From: Tubulanus polymorphus
Lineage: Eukaryota > Animalia > Nemertea
Length of the DNA stretch: 64,000 nt
Reading direction: 5' to 3'
NCBI RefSeq assembly: GCF_964204645.1
Contig: NC_134028.1
Location: forward strand, 13,129,263-13,193,262
Shown: positions 24,801 to 39,800 of the stretch, piece after piece
Numbering within the stretch: the stretch's first letter is position 1
Layout: every line of letters starts with the position of its first letter
Program-made: the position numbers and the translations under genes
The notes under the pieces: model-generated
What the model was told of the DNA's origin: nothing
Database searches by the model: none
What the model saw: the letters and a program-made list of their open reading frames with translations, nothing else

Positions 24801-27800
24801 TTAAATCGTGTCATAAAGAAACATCCACAGACGGACAGACAGACAGACAGACATGACGACGATGCCATAGATGGGTTCGTCTGACGACGAAACCCATCAA
24901 AAAGCCTCAAAAGCTTGCTCATCTGTCATCATCAGACTGATAATTGCTCATCAATGATGAGCGAGCTAAAATGATATTTTCTTGTTCTGAACCATTTTAT
25001 TAAGTCTAATCCAAGCTCAAACTTAAAATTAATTTACTTTAACATGTGGTAATCATTTTTGGAATGAGTGGAACACACAGCTGTAGATTGTATTATCACA
25101 CAAGCAATCCAAGATTGACAGAAAGTATATCTTACCTCATTTGTAACGCCTATATAGTTGATAGCAGTATCAAGGCTACCCTGTGCAGCCAAAATTCCAG
25201 CATAGCGGCTTAATTGATGAGGTAATTCACCCTTTTTTATCTCTGGCATTTCTCCATAAGATATCTCAACAGATTTTCGTAATATCATAACCTTTTCAAC
25301 TAAATCCTGCAATGCCTGAGAAGAACTGTTTCCTTCATTCAAACGGGCCCAACAAGCAACTAATTTTTCAACATTTCCAGAACAGATATAGCACAAGGCA
25401 GCATTTATAGCAAGTTCTCCATGTCCTTCAATTTCCAGTCTTGTTCCCAGCATATCTATTATTTGAGAAAGTTAAAAAAATAATCACATAACTCCTATAT
25501 TTACCCAACTATGAATGGGGGCTTCAAAGCAATCATGAGCTATTTCCAAATAATAAGTCATAAATGGTATGACTTACCGCATAATTGAACAAAGTCATCT
25601 GCTTGGGCATATGTTAGAGCTAGAGCTAATGCTTCTTTCCAATTATCTAAATCACATGTCTGTATTACATGCGTCCAATTTCCAGTTACAACAGATGAAA
25701 TCAACTACAACAGAGGAAACATCAAATTATGCAATGTAATCTGATATCAACTAACTACCAATGGCTGATGCAAAAGGGATGTGGCCTGCACTGTAAATCT
25801 CAAGTACCAACTGGTGCGTTTTTGGAGCCTCATTTAACTCGGATTTTTTAATGCAAAAATATTTTACACAAATAGATGATCGTTAACTTTGACAAATTTC
25901 ACTCACAAATATAGAGGTGGCAGTCCTCAGGATGAATTACACATGACATTATAATCCATTGCTTAACAGCTAAAATGCACATTACTAAGTTAAGACAATG
26001 TCCCATGGGCACTATTAGATTCAGCGCACAACTTAGTGAATTGATGGAGTTAATCATATCCACCATACACTGGTTTAGTAAGGTGCTATATCAGCTCATA
26101 CTTGACATAAAAGGCAATGCATGTTATAAAAGTATAATAAAGTAATTAGATTTTAAATGACAGACAGTTGTACCTACAAGGAAGAGAAGGTGAATATGTA
26201 ACACATTTCTAAGTAGGCCTAATTGATTTTGAAATGAAATACATATAATCATTATAATTTATAAGCCTCCTAATAAATTACAAGCTTTCGTTTCAAAAGC
26301 ATCTCAGATGTCATACTTATATTTTTCTCTCCACTCTTTGCTGAGCTTAAACCTTAACTCAGCCGGCCACTTAACTACCCTGTACATCACTTTTTTAAAC
26401 CATGAACAATGAAATTTTACCATAACAGACTCCGCAGTTTTAGAAATGAACCGATTACAAAGATTATAACATTTTACAACTGGAAAGATTACAATATATC
26501 CATGTTAGCGATATTCATTCGCCGGACAGAAGCGACAGTCTCGTAGTATCATTCTGATAGCAATGTAGTTAAATTACGCCGTACGAGTAAGCGCTCGGAT
26601 CACAGCTACCCTGTTACATAACCGTCTCACTATAAACCTTAGCCTCAAGCCGTAGCGCAAATAAGACGCAGAGGTTAACAAGAAGAATCCCACGCAGAGT
26701 CAGGATCGTAGCGAGTAAGCCTCATCAACTTGAGCGTTCGAATTCAACTATAGCCTATACTACGCAATATTGGTCCACCTGTATGGTGTTTTTTAAGGCG
26801 AATTAGAATTGTTTAAAATTCATCTGCAAATCGATACAAACATTTTTTTCGTCAAGAAAATACTGGGCGTATGCATAATCAATTTTAGTTCAAATATTTT
26901 CAAACAAATCTTTTTTTATCAAGAGAATATCCTTATCTAAAGATTAACGGCTTTGTTGATTTTGGCAAGCTACACGTGTTTCTAAAACGAGAGCGCTTTC
27001 ATCACAGCTCCGCAGTAAATACAGCAAACTACGCCACGCATCATCATGGAATTTTCAGCACAGGACAAGAAAAAATGAAAAAAGTACCAATGGTTTAGTG
27101 GCTCGCCAAACTGGTGTGAAGTAAAAAATTTGTCGTGTATAGGCTACTAGTGCGAAAAAATTCATTCTATTGAAAATTAAAAAAGAAAAAATACATATCA
27201 AAAACCACTTAATTTTGGTCAGTGATGACTGACTTTTAACGAGAATAAAATCTTCGAAAAATTCATTATGGGAATTTTTGTCTCAACAAATTAATGTTCA
27301 TAATTTTAACCCTTAACTTGCCGTAGGCGAGTGCAGTTGACACACTGGGGAACTGCCGTAGGCGACTGCAGTCTAAAAGTTTGTTTCTATGTCACAAGCG
27401 GCTTGCAGCGCATTGGGCCGTAGTTCTTAACGCACGGCAACAGCCAATACTCAAGAATCCAAACCTGGAAATAATTTCTCATTTTGATATTTTGAAGAAT
27501 TTAGAGTTCAAAAACGCCCTGGAAATTTGATATTTTGGGATTTTGATGAAGATTCAAACATTTAGACTGTAATAAGAAGCATAATAAAGGTTTTAATGAT
27601 GAATACAGTTATCTGACAATCTAACACGAAATTGTGAGTATTCTGACTTTCTAGGGGGTCTTTTTGCGCTGGAACCCCAAAAATGACCCCAACCGGTGGA
27701 CCCCTCTTTCAAAAATCAGAAGTTTAATCTTTCAGCACTATTGCGTGGCTTTTTTAGATTTCGAATGGAAATGCCTACCTATCTTCGGCATGAAGTGAAT

Positions 27801-30800
27801 GGCAGAATTTCAGACACAACTGCATGATTCATCATGAGTATACATGGTAGGGGGTTTTCCCCACTGACTAAAATAGACACTTTCTAGTTCATGGTGTGAC
27901 GATTTCTATACACTGTCATTGTGTACAAAGTTAGTTAGAACAATTTCCAAGATTCACTCCCCTCTTTTCCAATTTTACTGCCCTTCTATAAGATTCACTG
28001 CTTTTCACGACCGGAACGATACGATAAAGTTTCGGTAGACTTTTGGACCATTTAAATTTGGACGCTCCGCGTGAGTCACTGCGCGCAATGATCAAAACAA
28101 ACATTTGAGTGTCAGCTGTTGCTCGGTTTTTGTTTAGCGTGCTTGACTACAGAGATGCTGATGAAATCAATTCATCTCTCTGCCTACAGAGACGCGGGTC
28201 ACCTTGCGGGCAATCTAATAGTAGAGATTACTGCGATGTGAGCATCGGCTGTTGCTTGGTTTTCTACAGAGATGCAGGTGACCTCAATTCGCCTCTGCGT
28301 GGGGATTCTAATAGTGGAGATTACTGTATGTATTCGAGCTCACCACAGCGCCACTTCCTTAACAAAGAAAAGCGTGCCAATCCATTCTTCTAAGAATCAC
28401 CGAGATTTAATAGCCTGATTTGTCATTGTCGTCAGATTGAAAGGTATGAAAGAGCGTCATTCATTGACTGTCACACGATGTCGTTGGTCTTTAGAAGTCA
28501 TGTTAAAAACCATATTCAATTGTTCGGAATGTAAAATAAAACCAATTCAATTCAATTCAATTCAATTCAATGTAGCAGTGCATCAGCCACAATGGCGGAT
28601 GTCATTCGGTTGCCTTTTTTGTGTCATACAGTGTCTTTATTCTATTTCAGATTTGTCCTGTAATCAGTGTTTGTGTTTGTGATTGTGACTGACAAGCTTT
28701 ATTACACCTTGCTGCAGTATTTGGCAGAGGTAATTATCTTATTGTAATGGCTTTAACGTTTAATTTTCTCTAATTTAACATACACTTTAATTTAACATAA
28801 TTCATAATATTGTAATGGCTTAAACTAAATAATGAAGACATTAATTGAAATGCACACATTACTCATTTTTGTGCTATTATCTTTTCAAATGAGCCTTGGA
28901 TTTTGGGACAAAGTAGGCAAAATATTTAAATGCTGTAACATTTTAAATGTAAGTTTCATGCAGTTTCTTACATTTGTTTCTCTTACATTTCATGTTCATT
29001 CATTTCATTTAAACTCAATCTCAATTGTCTTAGCCACTACCTTACCCTCAAACTTTGCACTAATACTTCCAATGCAAGGCTAATACAATCCTTAATGTCC
29101 CCACCACCACAGCTGTTATGCGATGTAAGTATGGATGGATTTAAAAGGCATTCAAATGTCTTCCTTCTACTCTAATGGAAAACTACTATTTTTTTGTAGA
29201 TGTCTGAGAATATTTTGCTCGGTGTCAATGAACTCAAGACTAAAGCCGAAAATTTGGAAGATTTCCTAACAAAAGAGCTGGCATTAACAGAAGTTCAGCT
29301 ACATAATGCAATCCAAAAAACGACATCAGTAAGTTAGACACAATATAGCCTATACTACGCAATATTGGTCCACCTGTATGGTGTTTTTTAAGGCGAATTA
29401 GAATTGTTTAAAATTCATCTGCAAATCGATACAAACATTTTTTTCGTCAAGAAAATACTGGGCGTATGCATAATCAATTTTAGTTCAAATATTTTCAAAC
29501 AAATCTTTTTTTATCAAGAGAATATCCTTATCTAAAGATTAACGGCTTTGTTGATTTTGGCAAGCTACACGTGTTTCTAAAACGAGAGCGCTTTCATCAC
29601 AGCTCCGGAGTAAATACAGCAAACTACGCCACGCATCATCATGGAATTTTCAGCACAGGACAAGAAAAAATGAAAAAAGTACCAATGGTTTAGTGGCTCG
29701 CCAAACTGGTGTGAAGTAAAAAATTTGTCGTGTATAGGCTACTAGTGCGAAAAAATTCATTCTATTGAAAATTAAAAAAGAAAAAATACATATCAAAAAC
29801 CACTTAATTTTGGTCAGTGATGACTGACTTTTAACGAGAATAAAATCTTCGAAAAATTCATTATGGGAATTTTTGTCTCAACAAATTAATGTTCATAATT
29901 TTAACCCTTAACTTGCCGTAGGCGAGTGCAGTTGACACACTGGGGAACTGCCGTAGGCGACTGCAGTCTAAAAGTTTGTTTCTATGTCACAAGCGGCTTG
30001 CAGCGCATTGGGCCGTAGTTCTTAACGCACGGCAACAGCCAATACTCAAGAATCCAAACCTGGAAATAATTTCTCATTTTGATATTTTGAAGAATTTAGA
30101 GTTCAAAAACGCCCTGGAAATTTGATATTTTGGGATTTTGATGAAGATTCAAACATTTAGACTGTAATAAGAAGCATAATAAAGGTTTTAATGATGAATA
30201 CAGTTATCTGACAATCTAACACGAAATTGTGAGTATTCTGACTTTCTAGGGGGTCTTTTTGCGCTGGAACCCCAAAAATGACCCCAACCGGTGGACCCCT
30301 CTTTCAAAAATCAGAAGTTTAATCTTTCAGCACTATTGCGTGGCTTTTTTAGATTTCGAATGGAAATGCCTACCTATCTTCGGCATGAAGTGAATGGCAG
30401 AATTTCAGACACAACTGCATGATTCATCATGAGTATACATGGTAGGGGGTTTTCCCCACTGACTAAAATAGACACTTTCTAGTTCATGGTGTGACGATTT
30501 CTATACACTGTCATTGTGTACAAAGTTAGTTAGAACAATTTCCAAGATTCACTCCCCTCTTTTCCAATTTTACTGCCCTTCTATAAGATTCACTGCTTTT
30601 CACGACCGGAACGATACGATAAAGTTTCGGTAGACTTTTGGACCATTTAAATTTGGACGCTCCGCGTGAGTCACTGCGCGCAATGATCAAAACAAACATT
30701 TGAGTGTCAGCTGTTGCTCGGTTTTTGTTTAGCGTGCTTGACTACAGAGATGCTGATGAAATCAATTCATCTCTCTGCCTACAGAGACGCGGGTCACCTT

Positions 30801-33800
30801 GCGGGCAATCTAATAGTAGAGATTACTGCGATGTGAGCATCGGCTGTTGCTTGGTTTTCTACAGAGATGCAGGTGACCTCAATTCGCCTCTGCGTGGGGA
30901 TTCTAATAGTGGAGATTACTGTATGTATTCGAGCTCACCACAGCGCCACTTCCTTAACAAAGAAAAGCGTGCCAATCCATTCTTCTAAGAATCACCGAGA
31001 TTTAATAGCCTGATTTGTCATTGTCGTCAGATTGAAAGGTATGAAAGAGCGTCATTCATTGACTGTCACACGATGTCGTTGGTCTTTAGAAGTCATGTTA
31101 AAAACCATATTCAATTGTTCGGAATGTAAAATAAAACCAATTCAATTCAATTCAATTCAATTCAATGTAGCAGTGCATCAGCCACAATGGCGGATGTCAT
31201 TCGGTTGCCTTTTTTGTGTCATACAGTGTCTTTATTCTATTTCAGATTTGTCCTGTAATCAGTGTTTGTGTTTGTGATTGTGACTGACAAGCTTTATTAC
31301 ACCTTGCTGCAGTATTTGGCAGAGGTAATTATCTTATTGTAATGGCTTTAACGTTTAATTTTCTCTAATTTAACATACACTTTAATTTAACATAATTCAT
31401 AATATTGTAATGGCTTAAACTAAATAATGAAGACATTAATTGAAATGCACACATTACTCATTTTTGTGCTATTATCTTTTCAAATGAGCCTTGGATTTTG
31501 GGACAAAGTAGGCAAAATATTTAAATGCTGTAACATTTTAAATGTAAGTTTCATGCAGTTTCTTACATTTGTTTCTCTTACATTTCATGTTCATTCATTT
31601 CATTTAAACTCAATCTCAATTGTCTTAGCCACTACCTTACCCTCAAACTTTGCACTAATACTTCCAATGCAAGGCTAATACAATCCTTAATGTCCCCACC
31701 ACCACAGCTGTTATGCGATGTAAGTATGGATGGATTTAAAAGGCATTCAAATGTCTTCCTTCTACTCTAATGGAAAACTACTATTTTTTTGTAGATGTCT
31801 GAGAATATTTTGCTCGGTGTCAATGAACTCAAGACTAAAGCCGAAAATTTGGAAGATTTCCTAACAAAAGAGCTGGCATTAACAGAAGTTCAGCTACATA
31901 ATGCAATCCAAAAAACGACATCAGTAAGTTAGACACTGATGCGATAGCCGAAACTGGGCTAAGAGTGAAAAACTTTTGCCGTGATATCAAACAGCAACTG
32001 GGGCAGCTCCATGCTGACTGCAGAGTTACTGTAGCTAAACTGAAATCACTGAATGCAAGACTCAGTTCTCCATCAAAAACTTACCTGGCAACGTCCATGC
32101 TCCTTAAAAACAAAAGGGCAGAAGATGAAAGCACTGAAACCCCTGCTACAGCGAAACGGCAGTGCTTTGAAATTTCGAGTGGAGACGATGCCGGTCTTTC
32201 CAATGCACTGGATACATCGCAGGCCGAAAAGGCACCAGAGGTGGATGTATCCCAAACTGAACATCTGACGGAAAAGGAGGCTATGGCATTAATCCACTCA
32301 GAATAGATGTGCTTTTAATAAATTCTTTCATTTCTTTCATTGCAGACTTCATTTATTTAATTTCTCATTGGTCTCTCTTAAAATGCCTCGGAAGAAATCA
32401 GCTTTGGGTAGAAGCACCCCCAAAACGAAACGTGTCCAGCATCATCGTTCGGCTACAAAAGAATCAAACCTGGAGGAACAAGCTAATGTTGACAATATAA
32501 TTCATACATGTGAACTCATAACACTTTATCCCATGCCTGTTTGCACACAGTATGTAGATGGTGGTTCTCACAACAATATGGCTGTGGGCAAAATGATAAA
32601 ACAGTGTTCACACTGTCATGCTCTGAGCTTCGGTGAAGAGTCTCCTGGATTGTGCTGTGGCAATGGTAAAGTAGCTCCACCAGTTTATCCAACACCACCT
32701 CAGTATTTAAGTGACTTGATAACTGGAAAGCTGTCATTGTCAAATCATTTTTTGCACAACATTCGTACCTATACTACAGCTTTCCAAATGACAAGTTTTG
32801 GGTGCAAAGTATCTCGACAGCCAGGTTGGAACCCCTCATTTGTTGTCAAGGTCAGATATGCCATCGTATTGGCAGTTTACACCCCACCCCTGGTGAAACA
32901 CCTAAATTTCTTTTCTGGATAATTTGACTCAGGCAGTCATGACCTGCCATAGTCTTTTTGACATTTTGGACAAATCTGAAATGCTTCATACCTGTAATAC
33001 TTATGCATCATCTCTTAAAACTGCATCAGAAATTATTGATAGTGCTCCAATTCCTAAAGCAGCTGTCGTTATACACGAGGACAGGAAAACCTGCAACTCA
33101 ACATGCAGGCAGATACAATAAACAAGCAAGCAGTGAAATAGGTATATTAATGCCAAACGAGCCAACTGGCAGTAGAGATATTGTCCTAACATACAAGGAT
33201 GGACCACTTCAAAGAATATCTGAGCTGCATAGATCGTACGATGCGCTGCAGTATCCATCGTTATTCCCTTTTGGCACTGATGGCTACAGCAAATACCTTC
33301 AGAATACACATGGCAAGATGATTACTCAGCAACAGTTTTACTGCTACCATTTTATGTATCGTCAAACATCTCACCTACACTTTTGCAGGAGGCTTTTTCA
33401 ACAGTTCATAGTTGATGCCTACTGCAAGATGGAGACTGAACGTTTAAATTATATACGCCGAGAACAACGGTCACTGCGTGCTGATTGCTACAGTTCACTC
33501 CCTGACAGCATATCATCATCCGATGCTGATCCACAGTGTTTAGGGCAATGCATTATACTTCCCTCTTCATTTACTGGGAGCCCACGATATATGCATGAAA
33601 AACAGCAAGATGCTGTAACCTATGTACGCCTATTCGGTCGCCCAGACCTCTTCATAACATCAACCACAAATCCAAAATTGGCAGAAATTACAGACAATCT
33701 TCTCCCAAATCAGACATCGGCTGATCGTCCTGACATTGTTACATGGGTCTTTCATTTTAAACTGAAAAAACTTATAAAATGTCTACAAAATGGTGCATTT

Positions 33801-36800
33801 GGTTCCGTTAAAGCATGGCTTTACACCATTGAATTTCAAAAAAGGGGTTTGCCTCACGTCCACATCCTACTGTGGCTGTCCAATGACAGCAAAATAAGAC
33901 CCGGTGACATTGACTTATTTGTGAGTGCCGAAATCCCTTCACCTGATGAAGAGCCCCATTTGCACAACTTGGTTAAAACACACATGGTACATGGGCCATG
34001 TGGTGTCACAAACCCAAAATCGCCCTGCATGAAAGATGGCAGGTGCACTAAATCATATCCTAAGCTACTGCAGGCAGCGACACTTCAAGGCATGGATGCT
34101 TATCCAAAATATCGCCGGCACTCCATCAGTGATGGAGGTTACACTGCCAGCATTAATAAATCTGTGGATATGTCTGTCACTAACATAACAGTTGATAACT
34201 CTTGGGTTGTGCCTCACAACAAGTGGCTTTTGGCTGAAATGGAGTCCCACACTAATGTGGAAATATGCTCTTCAGTAAAGAGCATCAAATACGTCTTGAA
34301 GTATGTACATAAAGGTACTGATCAGGCAGTGTACAGTGTACAAAACCACAAGAATGACAAAATATCAGACTTTCAGAATGCACGTTATGTGGGCAGCATG
34401 GAGGCTGCATGGAGGTTTTTCTCTTTTCCAATCCATGAGCACTACCCACCTGTACTGCAACTGATTGTACATCTCGAAAATGGACAAAGGGTATACTTCC
34501 AACCAGAAACTGCCCATGCAACTGCCTCTGCTGCTGCACCAGATACCATGCTTACAAAGTTCTATACTCTTTGTTCTGATGATCCTTTTGCCAGGACTCT
34601 GCTATACAGTGAGGTGCCTACATACTATACATGGGATGCATCTAAGAAAGCATGGAGTAGAAGGAAACGTGGAGTTCCGCAACGAGACTTTCCCGGAGTC
34701 TACAAATCTGACTGTCTAGGGCGTATTTATACGGTTAGCCCTAAGTTGGCGGAATGTTATTTCTTGCGGTTACTTTTGCATGAAGTGCGCGGTCCCATTT
34801 CTTTTGCAGATTTGCGTACAGTAAATGGCAATCCTCATCCTACTTTCCGGGCTGCCTGCTTAGCATTAGGTCTTATCGAGGATGATAAACATTTACACAC
34901 AGCCTTATCTGAAGCGAGTGAATGTAGATCCCCATCAGTATTAAGGTCATTGTTCTGCATTGTACTCACTTTTTGTGAACCTGCCTTATTGACCGAGAGG
35001 ACCATGGTAGTGCTGGTGAATGTGAATCAGTTGACAAATGTTTGTCATTACTTGCAGCAGAATTACACATGATGGGTGGTATTTCCTTACAGCATCATGG
35101 ATTGCCTGTCCCCCAGTCCTCTTTTGTGCGTGTCGATGATTTACCATCATATGCAAAATTCTCACCAGACGTAGAAAATGGATATGTTCTGCAGCACAAG
35201 CATCTTCTGACTGAAGAACAGTCTGGAGTATACAACACTATTCTTGCTCACATTAAAGACCCCCGCCCTGGTAGTATCTTTCTTGATGCTCCGGGTGGTA
35301 CTGGAAAAACATTTGTCATAAATCCGCTCCTCGCAAAGTTGCGATCATTAAACTTCACTGTCTTAGCAACTGCATCAAGTGGCATTGCAGCTACCTTACT
35401 TAAAAGAGGTAGGACTCTTCATTCGACATTTAAAATACCTCTCAATGCTTATGCCCAGGATGCCCATACATGCTCCATTAAAGGAGGCTCTGATCTCGCT
35501 AAATTGATTTCAAATACTTCTGCCGTGGCTGTGATGAAGCCACCATGACATATAGGGCTGCATTTGAAGCTGTTGATCGCTCCCTGCGTGACACTAGAAA
35601 AAGTGATCAGCCATTTGGGGGCATTCCTTTCTTACTATGGGGCGATTTCAGGCAGATTCTTCCCGTTGTTTAAAATGGCACACGTAATAACATTGTTGAT
35701 GCTACAGTTAAGAAGAGCCCCCCGTGGTTCACAGCCACTGTACTTCATCTTCATACCAACATGCGTGCCACTCTTACTCATGACACTACAACTGCAGCAT
35801 ATTCCAAATTTCTCATGGAAAAAGGGAATGGAACATACCCCACTCATGAAGATTCGGCTGTTATTGATTTACCCATTGAACTGAATTATGTTCAAACCAT
35901 GGCTGATCTTATAACCAGTATTTACCCAGATTTAAGGGCTAATGCTCTAAATAAGGATTGGCTTCTAGAACGCTGCATTCTGGCACCACTAAATGAATCA
36001 GTCAACAGCATTAATCATAGTATTATATCTGCCTTCCCAGGTGAGGCACATATATACACCTCTATTGATACTGCCAGCTCTGATATTGAATCTACTCATT
36101 TTCCAGTCGAGTTCTTGAACTCATTAAAAATATCTGGCCTTCCCCCTCACATTCTAACCTTGAAAATAGGCTGCCCAGTAATGATTCTGCGCTCATTGAA
36201 CCCCCCACACATAACGAATGATACTCAGTGTATAATTACTGCTATGCTTCCAAATATACTACAGGTTCAACTTCTAAATGGCCCTTCACAAGGTCAACAA
36301 GCTTTCATTCCCCGCATACCACTCACTCCATCAGATTCAGACCTACCATACCAGTTCCGTCATCTCCAATTTCCCTTACGCCCCTGTTTTGCCATGACAG
36401 TTAACAAAGCAGAGGGCCAAACATTCAAATATATTGGACTGGACTTCCGGAATTCACCATTCACACATGGCAGAGTAGGAACCCATGATCGTGTTACAGC
36501 ACTCGCCCCTCAAAAACAATACTGAAATACTGAAATACTTTTTCTCTTCTTTGATATTTGTTTCTAATGCCTGACTTATAGTGTAGATTTCATATCGATA
36601 AAAAAATGTTATATTATTTTTATCCGCACCTTAGTGATTTATTATATTCAACCCGTCCACCAGGACGGGTACTTTGCTAGTCTGAAATAATCAGCCAGTC
36701 CAACTCAAGTGGTGCCGCAGGCGGAACTCGAGGTATCACAGGCCTTGAGGCTGGGGGGCGAGGGGGGTGTGGGGGCCAACTCCCACAAAATTTAGAATTT

Positions 36801-39800
36801 CAGCCACAATTTAAGTAATTTTAAGAGCACTTGGAGTCAGAGGAACGGATAGGTATAAAACCTGTCGGAATGTGAGCAATGATAGAAATAAATGAAAAAA
36901 AAATGAAGCATAATTTAACTCTGACGGAGATCTAAGTATGTATATATTTATACATCATTTACAAAAATACTAGGACTTTCAGAGGTTTAGCAATGTCACT
37001 AGACACTCCCCTCAGCACTGATATACATAACAGCTGTTTGTAGTACTTCTATACCATGAAAGGTGCAGAGGCTATTTTCAAGTTTATAGGCTACAGCATC
37101 ATGACATACATACGTACATTACGAGGGGTTACCATTTAATTATTGTAAAGGGCCAGATGAATACACATGCATAATAAACAAACGCCTGCTATGTTTATAC
37201 AGCCTGCCTCCTTTAGAAAATCTTCATATTCTGACCCGTCTTGACCAAATTTTCCCCGTCCCATCAATTTCAGTTTTTCATTTTCTCCCCTTTGTAAATG
37301 ACTGGTAGGACGGGTGCTGGCTATGACCCTGCATAGCAGCGAGTCTGTAACAAGCACGTGTGTGAAGCATGAATATACATAAAAGGGCATGTGTTCTCCT
37401 GAAAGAAAATGTAGTTCCAACAACAAATAGATAACTAAATTGATAAATAAGCAACAGATTTCGATGAAATCTAATAGGGTTAGGCTTTTATTACTGCATT
37501 GAATGTTTTAAAAGTTCCAAAGAGAAACTAAGCCTCGTTCATGCAATAACAAAATGGACTTCGCTAAAGCGAAAGTCCATGAAAATTCACTTCCCCCTTT
37601 CACAATTTCACTGCCCGCCTATAAAATTTACTGCTGGACGTGAGGAACATTTGCAGTTTCCAAAAAAACTTAAACTAGGCCACACGAGGGGTGCACTTTT
37701 CATAAACAAGCACAGATCAATACACCACATAGCAGCGAGTCTGTGTACAGTGCACGTGTGTGAAGCATGAATATACGTAACAGGGCATGTGTTCTTCCGA
37801 ATCAAAATGCAGTTCCAACCTTTGTTAAGCGAAAGTCCATAAAAATGAATTTGACTCATAAAGACAAAGGTGTAGAATATTCATTCTACCATAAAAGGTC
37901 TTGCTGGTCATCTTGGATGACCTATAAGACACATATGAAAAAAGGGGCTTATCTTTCAAAGTTACCAATTAAGTAACTATATGAAAGACAACTTGCTACT
38001 TTATATGTAGAATGTTGCTGAAGACGACTGATGCACCACATCATGTGAAATGCCTAAGTGTAAAACACACCCTGAGCATATGTCGATCTGTTTATGAAGG
38101 CAACAAATGGAAAATACAAAACAGCTTACGGTGAACTTGACCTATGAATAGACAGAACCCAAAATCATATCAGTAACCCACGGTCTTTAAATTTCCCATC
38201 CCATTCCATCCTTTAAATTTCACCAAGTTACCTTAAACCATCAATGAGATAGCCCTCAGAAATGAAAAATACAAAAGAGCTGCCAGCGACCTGGATCTTT
38301 CACCTACAATGTGACACAGCAGATGTATGTAGCGATGTATACGTTAATCCCCTCATACAGATACACTGTGAAAATACCGAACTTTCGGGCAATAATGACA
38401 ACATGAGCCCCAGGGGCACTATGGCCAGCCAGTCAGCTTTTCATAAAATGGCAAATGATGCATTTTGTGGGTTATATTTGTTTAAAAAAACTCCCAGCAC
38501 AGGCAATACCTATAATTTACACTATACAATCGTGTTTTCATAAGAAGCACAGACAGCGACTGCAGCTGGCAGGATCAAATAGCTCAGACAAATCTTTTCC
38601 CTTGGTTTTATTGATTGATTTGAATGCGGAAAAGAATTGAATTTACTGAAATTTTTCCTCAATAAAACAAAACTGAATTGGATTTGATGTTTTAGTTGTT
38701 CAATAAAGTAGATTAAAATTTGATTTGATATATTTTTGCAGATTAAAATTTGATTGAAATTGCTGTTTGAGCATGTGGCTTATTAGCATATCAAGGTCAT
38801 CCATCCGATTCGAGAAAAAGCTATTTTTCCTGGACTTTGCATAATTGTTAATGATATTGTCTGTAATGCAATGAAAAGTTTCCTCTCAAAAACCAAATCA
38901 ACTAAACATTTCACAGAAATCGATCTTAAAATACAATTGTAGATCTTAAAATAAAACCCGGAAGTAAAACAGTAGACGATACCTTGGGCTCACGGGAACA
39001 TCTGCTGATGCTATGGCTAAGCCAATCATAGGGAAGCCTTTGCTCTCGGATTGGCTTTTTAAAACAGATTTTTTTGCGTACAGATTTTCGCGAAGAAGCT
39101 AATATAAATTATAACAATGCCCTTTTTCAAAATTCAGCTTAATAGGGTTTCGAGACTGGATAATGCTCTAATGAATGATTTGTTTGAATATCTGCTCAGT
39201 AGCACACTCAAAGAGCCTTTACTCTGGAAACCATGTCATTCAAATTCCCTCCATTAGTATAGTAATAGGCTCAACCTACGGCTGGCCTAAAAAAGTCATG
39301 ATATCTATATTACCAAAATAAACAGCTAAATCAGGATGGGCTTACTTAGTTATTTTTCAATACATGCGCGCCGCAATTCTAAGGGTTGACATATGCTTAT
39401 ATCTATCAATTTTTATTCTATTTCGGCAATGTTTCATTAACTAGGTAACAAAAATTCAGAATATATGACAGATTTCACCACCTAAAAACTGGGTAACCCC
39501 AATTCCCCTGAGATGTTTCTTGTACTTCAAATGGAATTTTTCCTCAGGAGTTTTTCAACAGGCATACGAAACTAATAATTCAGCTGCTTACTTCAGCTGA
39601 TAAGTGGTATACTACCAAGAAATATATTTTTATCAGCAAACACACTAAAATCCACCAGTACTTTTAATTTGATATTTCATTCAAGAATTACACAAATAAT
39701 TACCCTTGATGATGTATCTTTGTTTTTATCGAAATATTTCTTTTGTGTTCGTGACAGCAGATCAGGTCCACCAGCAATAGCTAGTATGATAGCCTCAGCC

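Noticed and set aside
24870-24898. CTGACGA..GAAAC hammerhead-like core in a hairpin
   Set aside because: No stem II between the core boxes; it is the subterminal hairpin of a HINE-like repeat
27305-27375. piggyBac-like TTAA-CCCTT terminus
   Set aside because: No matching opposite end found in the window
28109-29083. Duplicated short ORFs (94, 81 and 83 aa)
   Set aside because: No recognisable motifs; their identity reflects the DNA duplication, not conservation
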